DNA of 62,416 nt, counting the filler, from Candidatus Woesearchaeota archaeon (lineage in GTDB: Archaea > Nanobdellota > Nanobdellia > Woesearchaeales > GCA-2687795), in the NCBI GenBank assembly GCA_030753365.1. It is 9 parts of 9 records of this genome, joined end to end, with 100 filler letters (N's around TTAATTAATTAA, not from the genome) between each part and the next. Parts side by side here need not be neighbours in the genome. Positions count along the whole stretch, not along the records: positions 58,573 to 62,416 come from JASMCJ010000068.1; 8 more parts are not named here. One strand, 5' to 3'. This document shows, one piece after another, positions 59,829 to 62,416 of the stretch. Below the pieces are notes generated by a model. That model had not been told where the DNA came from, made no database searches, and saw nothing but the letters and a program-made list of their open reading frames with translations. Every line of letters begins with the position of its first letter. Within the stretch, counting starts at the first letter, position 1. Both the position numbers and the translations under genes were made by a program.

Positions 59829-60433
59829 TGTGCTGTACTCCTTACCTTTTCATTGATTATATTCATCAAGGCTATCATTAAACCTAACGTGATAAAAGCT
59901 CCAGTGGGAAGCTTCATTACAAGCATGCCGGGATACCAACTGCCTAATAATGTTGCTCCGAATAGTGTGCCGAAACCTAAAAGCTCTCTTACTGAGCCAA
60001 GCAGGACAAGAGCCCATGTAAAGCCAAGACCCATGCCAAATGCGTCAGCGATTGAGTTTAATAAAGGATTCTTTGAAGCGAAAGCTTCCATTCTTCCAAG
60101 GATTATACAGTTCACAACTATCAAAGGAATGTATAAGCCTAATACTTTATGAATATCTGTGTAAAATGCTGCAAGGAAATAATCTGCTAAAGTAACAAAG
60201 CTTGCGATAATCACAATGTAACAGGGAATCCTTACTTTGGAAGGTATAAGCCCTTTTATGATTGAGATTATTATTCCTGATGCAACCAACACAAAGAGAG
60301 TTGCAAGCCCCATTGCAAGGCCGTTAACTGCCATATTGGTGACAGCAAGAGTGGGGCACATGCCTAAGATTAGCCTAAACGCCGGGTTCTGTTTCCATAA
60401 TCCTTTCAAAAAATCTTTTGTTGGTTGGAACAT
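59825..60433 (-). CDS. rnfE: Rnf complex subunit E
   Basis: LGMCPTLAVT, VRIP, IPLIVVNCIILGR. Confidence 0.93.
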   Translation of the reverse strand: MFQPTKDFLKGLWKQNPAFRLILGMCPTLAVTNMAVNGLAMGLATLFVLVASGIIISIIKGLIPSKVRIPCYIVIIASFVTLADYFLAAFYTDIHKVLGLYIPLIVVNCIILGRMEAFASKNPLLNSIADAFGMGLGFTWALVLLGSVRELLGFGTLFGATLLGSWYPGMLVMKLPTGAFITLGLMIALMNIINEKVRSTAQ

Positions 60434-60434
60434 T

Positions 60435-60947
60435 TTAGTTAAATTCTATATTTATGCTGCTTATTAATTCTTCAACAGTATCTATAACAGCAGTTGATGA
60501 GATTGTTGCGCCAGTGATAGCGTCTATCTTTTCTGGTTTTCCTATGAATTGATCTAAAAACTCTTCCTCTTCAATTCTTGCTCCAAGACCAGGAGTTTCA
60601 AGATGTTCCATAATCTTAATGCCAGTGATTTCCCTGTCTTTATTGATGCCTGTTAGAATCTTTATATCTCCTCCATAGCCTAATGCTTCTGAAAGAATTG
60701 CGTAGCCAATTATTCTGTTGTCTTTTAAGCCTTTGAAAATATAGATTATACCTTCCGGGTTTGAGATTTCTTTTGCTTCCTCAAAGTTATCTGCTAAAGG
60801 TATAACTTCTTTGAGAGCAGCTTTGAGCCTGATAGCTTTATTTTCTTCAATGATTGGATTCATGTTTTCATATACAAATGATAAAGCAACGGCTGATAGA
60901 ATACAAATTATTGTTAAAGTTAAGGTTAATCTTATGGTTTCGTTCAT
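60435..60947 (-). CDS. rnfG: Rnf complex subunit G (FMN-binding)
   Basis: N-terminal TM, GYGG, ETPGLG, flavinylation motif DAITGATISS. Confidence 0.92.
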   Translation of the reverse strand: MNETIRLTLTLTIICILSAVALSFVYENMNPIIEENKAIRLKAALKEVIPLADNFEEAKEISNPEGIIYIFKGLKDNRIIGYAILSEALGYGGDIKILTGINKDREITGIKIMEHLETPGLGARIEEEEFLDQFIGKPEKIDAITGATISSTAVIDTVEELISSINIEFN

Positions 60948-60988
60948 ATTATGATTCTATTGGATATGTATGCTTTTAAATGTTATGT

Positions 60989-62230
60989 TCAAAAATCTGC
61001 CAAACTCTTCTGGCTTGTATTATAAGTCTTTAATTCTTGCATTGGCTTGTTAGGAGGCACTAACTGCCCATAAATACCTGCGCCGCCAGGGATATAATTG
61101 ATTTTGTCTTCCCTAAAGTATTGGATGTATTCAGCAATTGTTGGGTTTATGGTTTCAAGCTCTTCATACTTTGCGTTGAGCAATATCCTGGTTTCTGAGT
61201 TGAATTTTGTTATAAACTGTTTCCAGATATTCTGTACCTTGTTTGACATGGCGTTCTTTGTGTTCAGGGCAAGAGCAATGATTTCGCTTAAAGGGATAGT
61301 ATGCTTGTATGGTGGCCTATGATTAGGATGAGCGTCCTTGTTAAGGTTAGCTAATTCTTCTATCCTGAAATCAACACCTTTTTTTATTGATTTTCTGCAT
61401 TGAGGACACTTCCAGTTGAGTTTCACTGCTTCCTTTGGTTCAAAGAAGGTTAAGCAGCCAGTGCATCTTGTCTTATGATACTTGCCTTCCAAAGGGTTAA
61501 AGCCTACATTGAGTATAGAACCTCTTCCATCTTCTCTCTTAAGAGCCTTGGCAATTTCGTTGAATGTTACCTCTTTGATTTTGAAAGTGTTAAACTCTCT
61601 GCCCATCTTATTAGACCAGGGTGAATGAGCGTCGCTGTTACTGAGGAATGTAAGGTTATGCAATTCACTGATTCTGTCTGCCATATTTGTATCAGCGGAC
61701 AATCCCAATTCCATAAAATGGATATCCTTCCAATATTTTCCATAACAATCTTTGTAAGAATCAAATTTTGAATATAACCCAAAATAAGGGGTGAAAGCAT
61801 GAGCAAAGCCTAACATACAGCCAGATTCGAGGCAAACCTCTGCAAGCTCTTCGCCATTAAGCCAAATCTTAGGCCTCCCATCTGTATCAAAGTCTTTGCA
61901 TTTGTTCTTGAGCTTCTCTTTGACTTCTTCAACCTTTGAGAATTCAGGGAAAAGGATTATATGATGTACTCTGTTATTGTCTTCAACCTCTGTCTGGAGA
62001 ATGAATTTTGTTTTGTTTTCATGCTCGAGAATTCCGTTTCCAATATCTTTTAGTTGTTTCTTGACAAGCTTAACCCATCTTGCGTTAAGAATATCAGCTG
62101 TGCCAAGAAGGTTAATACCTTTCAAAGGCGCCTGCTCAGCGATAGTCTTTGGAATCATGCTGCTGCTAACAGCTCCTGAATAAAGGCCGTGCAAATGTAA
62201 ATCAGCGTTGCATCTTATGTAATCTGCCAT
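60989..62230 (-). CDS. Endonuclease Q family (PHP-type) DNA repair protein
   Basis: DLHLH, AHAFTP, ELGLSAD, SNSDAHS, GKYH..C..C, CPQC, GGAGIYG; C-terminal PIP-like QKSLADF. Confidence 0.88.
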   Translation of the reverse strand: MADYIRCNADLHLHGLYSGAVSSSMIPKTIAEQAPLKGINLLGTADILNARWVKLVKKQLKDIGNGILEHENKTKFILQTEVEDNNRVHHIILFPEFSKVEEVKEKLKNKCKDFDTDGRPKIWLNGEELAEVCLESGCMLGFAHAFTPYFGLYSKFDSYKDCYGKYWKDIHFMELGLSADTNMADRISELHNLTFLSNSDAHSPWSNKMGREFNTFKIKEVTFNEIAKALKREDGRGSILNVGFNPLEGKYHKTRCTGCLTFFEPKEAVKLNWKCPQCRKSIKKGVDFRIEELANLNKDAHPNHRPPYKHTIPLSEIIALALNTKNAMSNKVQNIWKQFITKFNSETRILLNAKYEELETINPTIAEYIQYFREDKINYIPGGAGIYGQLVPPNKPMQELKTYNTSQKSLADF

Positions 62231-62313
62231 TATAAAAACCTCTTGGAACAGTTTATATTTAAAGATTGTTGTATCAAAACATTTATTAACTTCTTTTATC
62301 CTGAATAGATATT

Positions 62314-62416
62314 ATGAGGAAAAGATTAGTTTTGGCGTTAATGGTAATATTAGTTTCCCTAAGCGCATGTGTTAATAAAAATGCTGGCTCGACCCAATCT
62401 TCTGACGTTTACAAGG
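62314..62416 (+). CDS. Putative lipoprotein, N-terminus only
   Basis: MRKRLVLALMVILVSLSAC: basic N-region, hydrophobic core, LSAC lipobox. Confidence 0.6.
   Translation, partial: MRKRLVLALMVILVSLSACVNKNAGSTQSSDVYK

Overview
This window is not one continuous locus. It is nine contigs of a metagenome-assembled archaeal genome joined by artificial 100-bp N/TTAATTAATTAA/N linkers. The contigs span 1-7678, 7779-15886, 15987-30821, 30922-34279, 34380-41342, 41443-44442, 44543-53149, 53250-58472 and 58573-62416. Archaeal markers (aIF5A, aIF2-alpha, L40e, S27e, TFS, Cdc6/Orc1, LonB, DTD2, SRP 7S RNA, BHB-intron tRNAs) occur with bacterial-type LeuRS, AspRS and gyrase A. This points to a DPANN archaeon, probably Woesearchaeota-like (inference). 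Highlights not shown by the ORF track: (1) a tRNA-Thr(UGU) with three BHB introns (30/31, 37/38, 43/44) whose structures imply ordered splicing, plus a two-intron tRNA-Val(UAC); (2) four copies of a modular, hairpin-rich TGTCA...TGAGCATGCTCA...TGACA repeat family lying just 3' of genes; (3) a second, 99-bp IS200/IS605-like double-hairpin repeat; (4) an ATPase gene flanked by a duplicated aspS 3' end; (5) an AspRS-YbaK/ProX fusion; (6) an rnfGEAB operon with its own promoter-like box, no adjacent rnfCD and a minimal RnfB; (7) a GyrA intein, a glnA remnant, a decayed giant surface protein with phage-tail-fibre-like repeats, a minimal JAMM-motif ORF and a D2-only Clp ATPase with an IGF loop. All product calls rest on motifs recognised by eye; no database searches were run.
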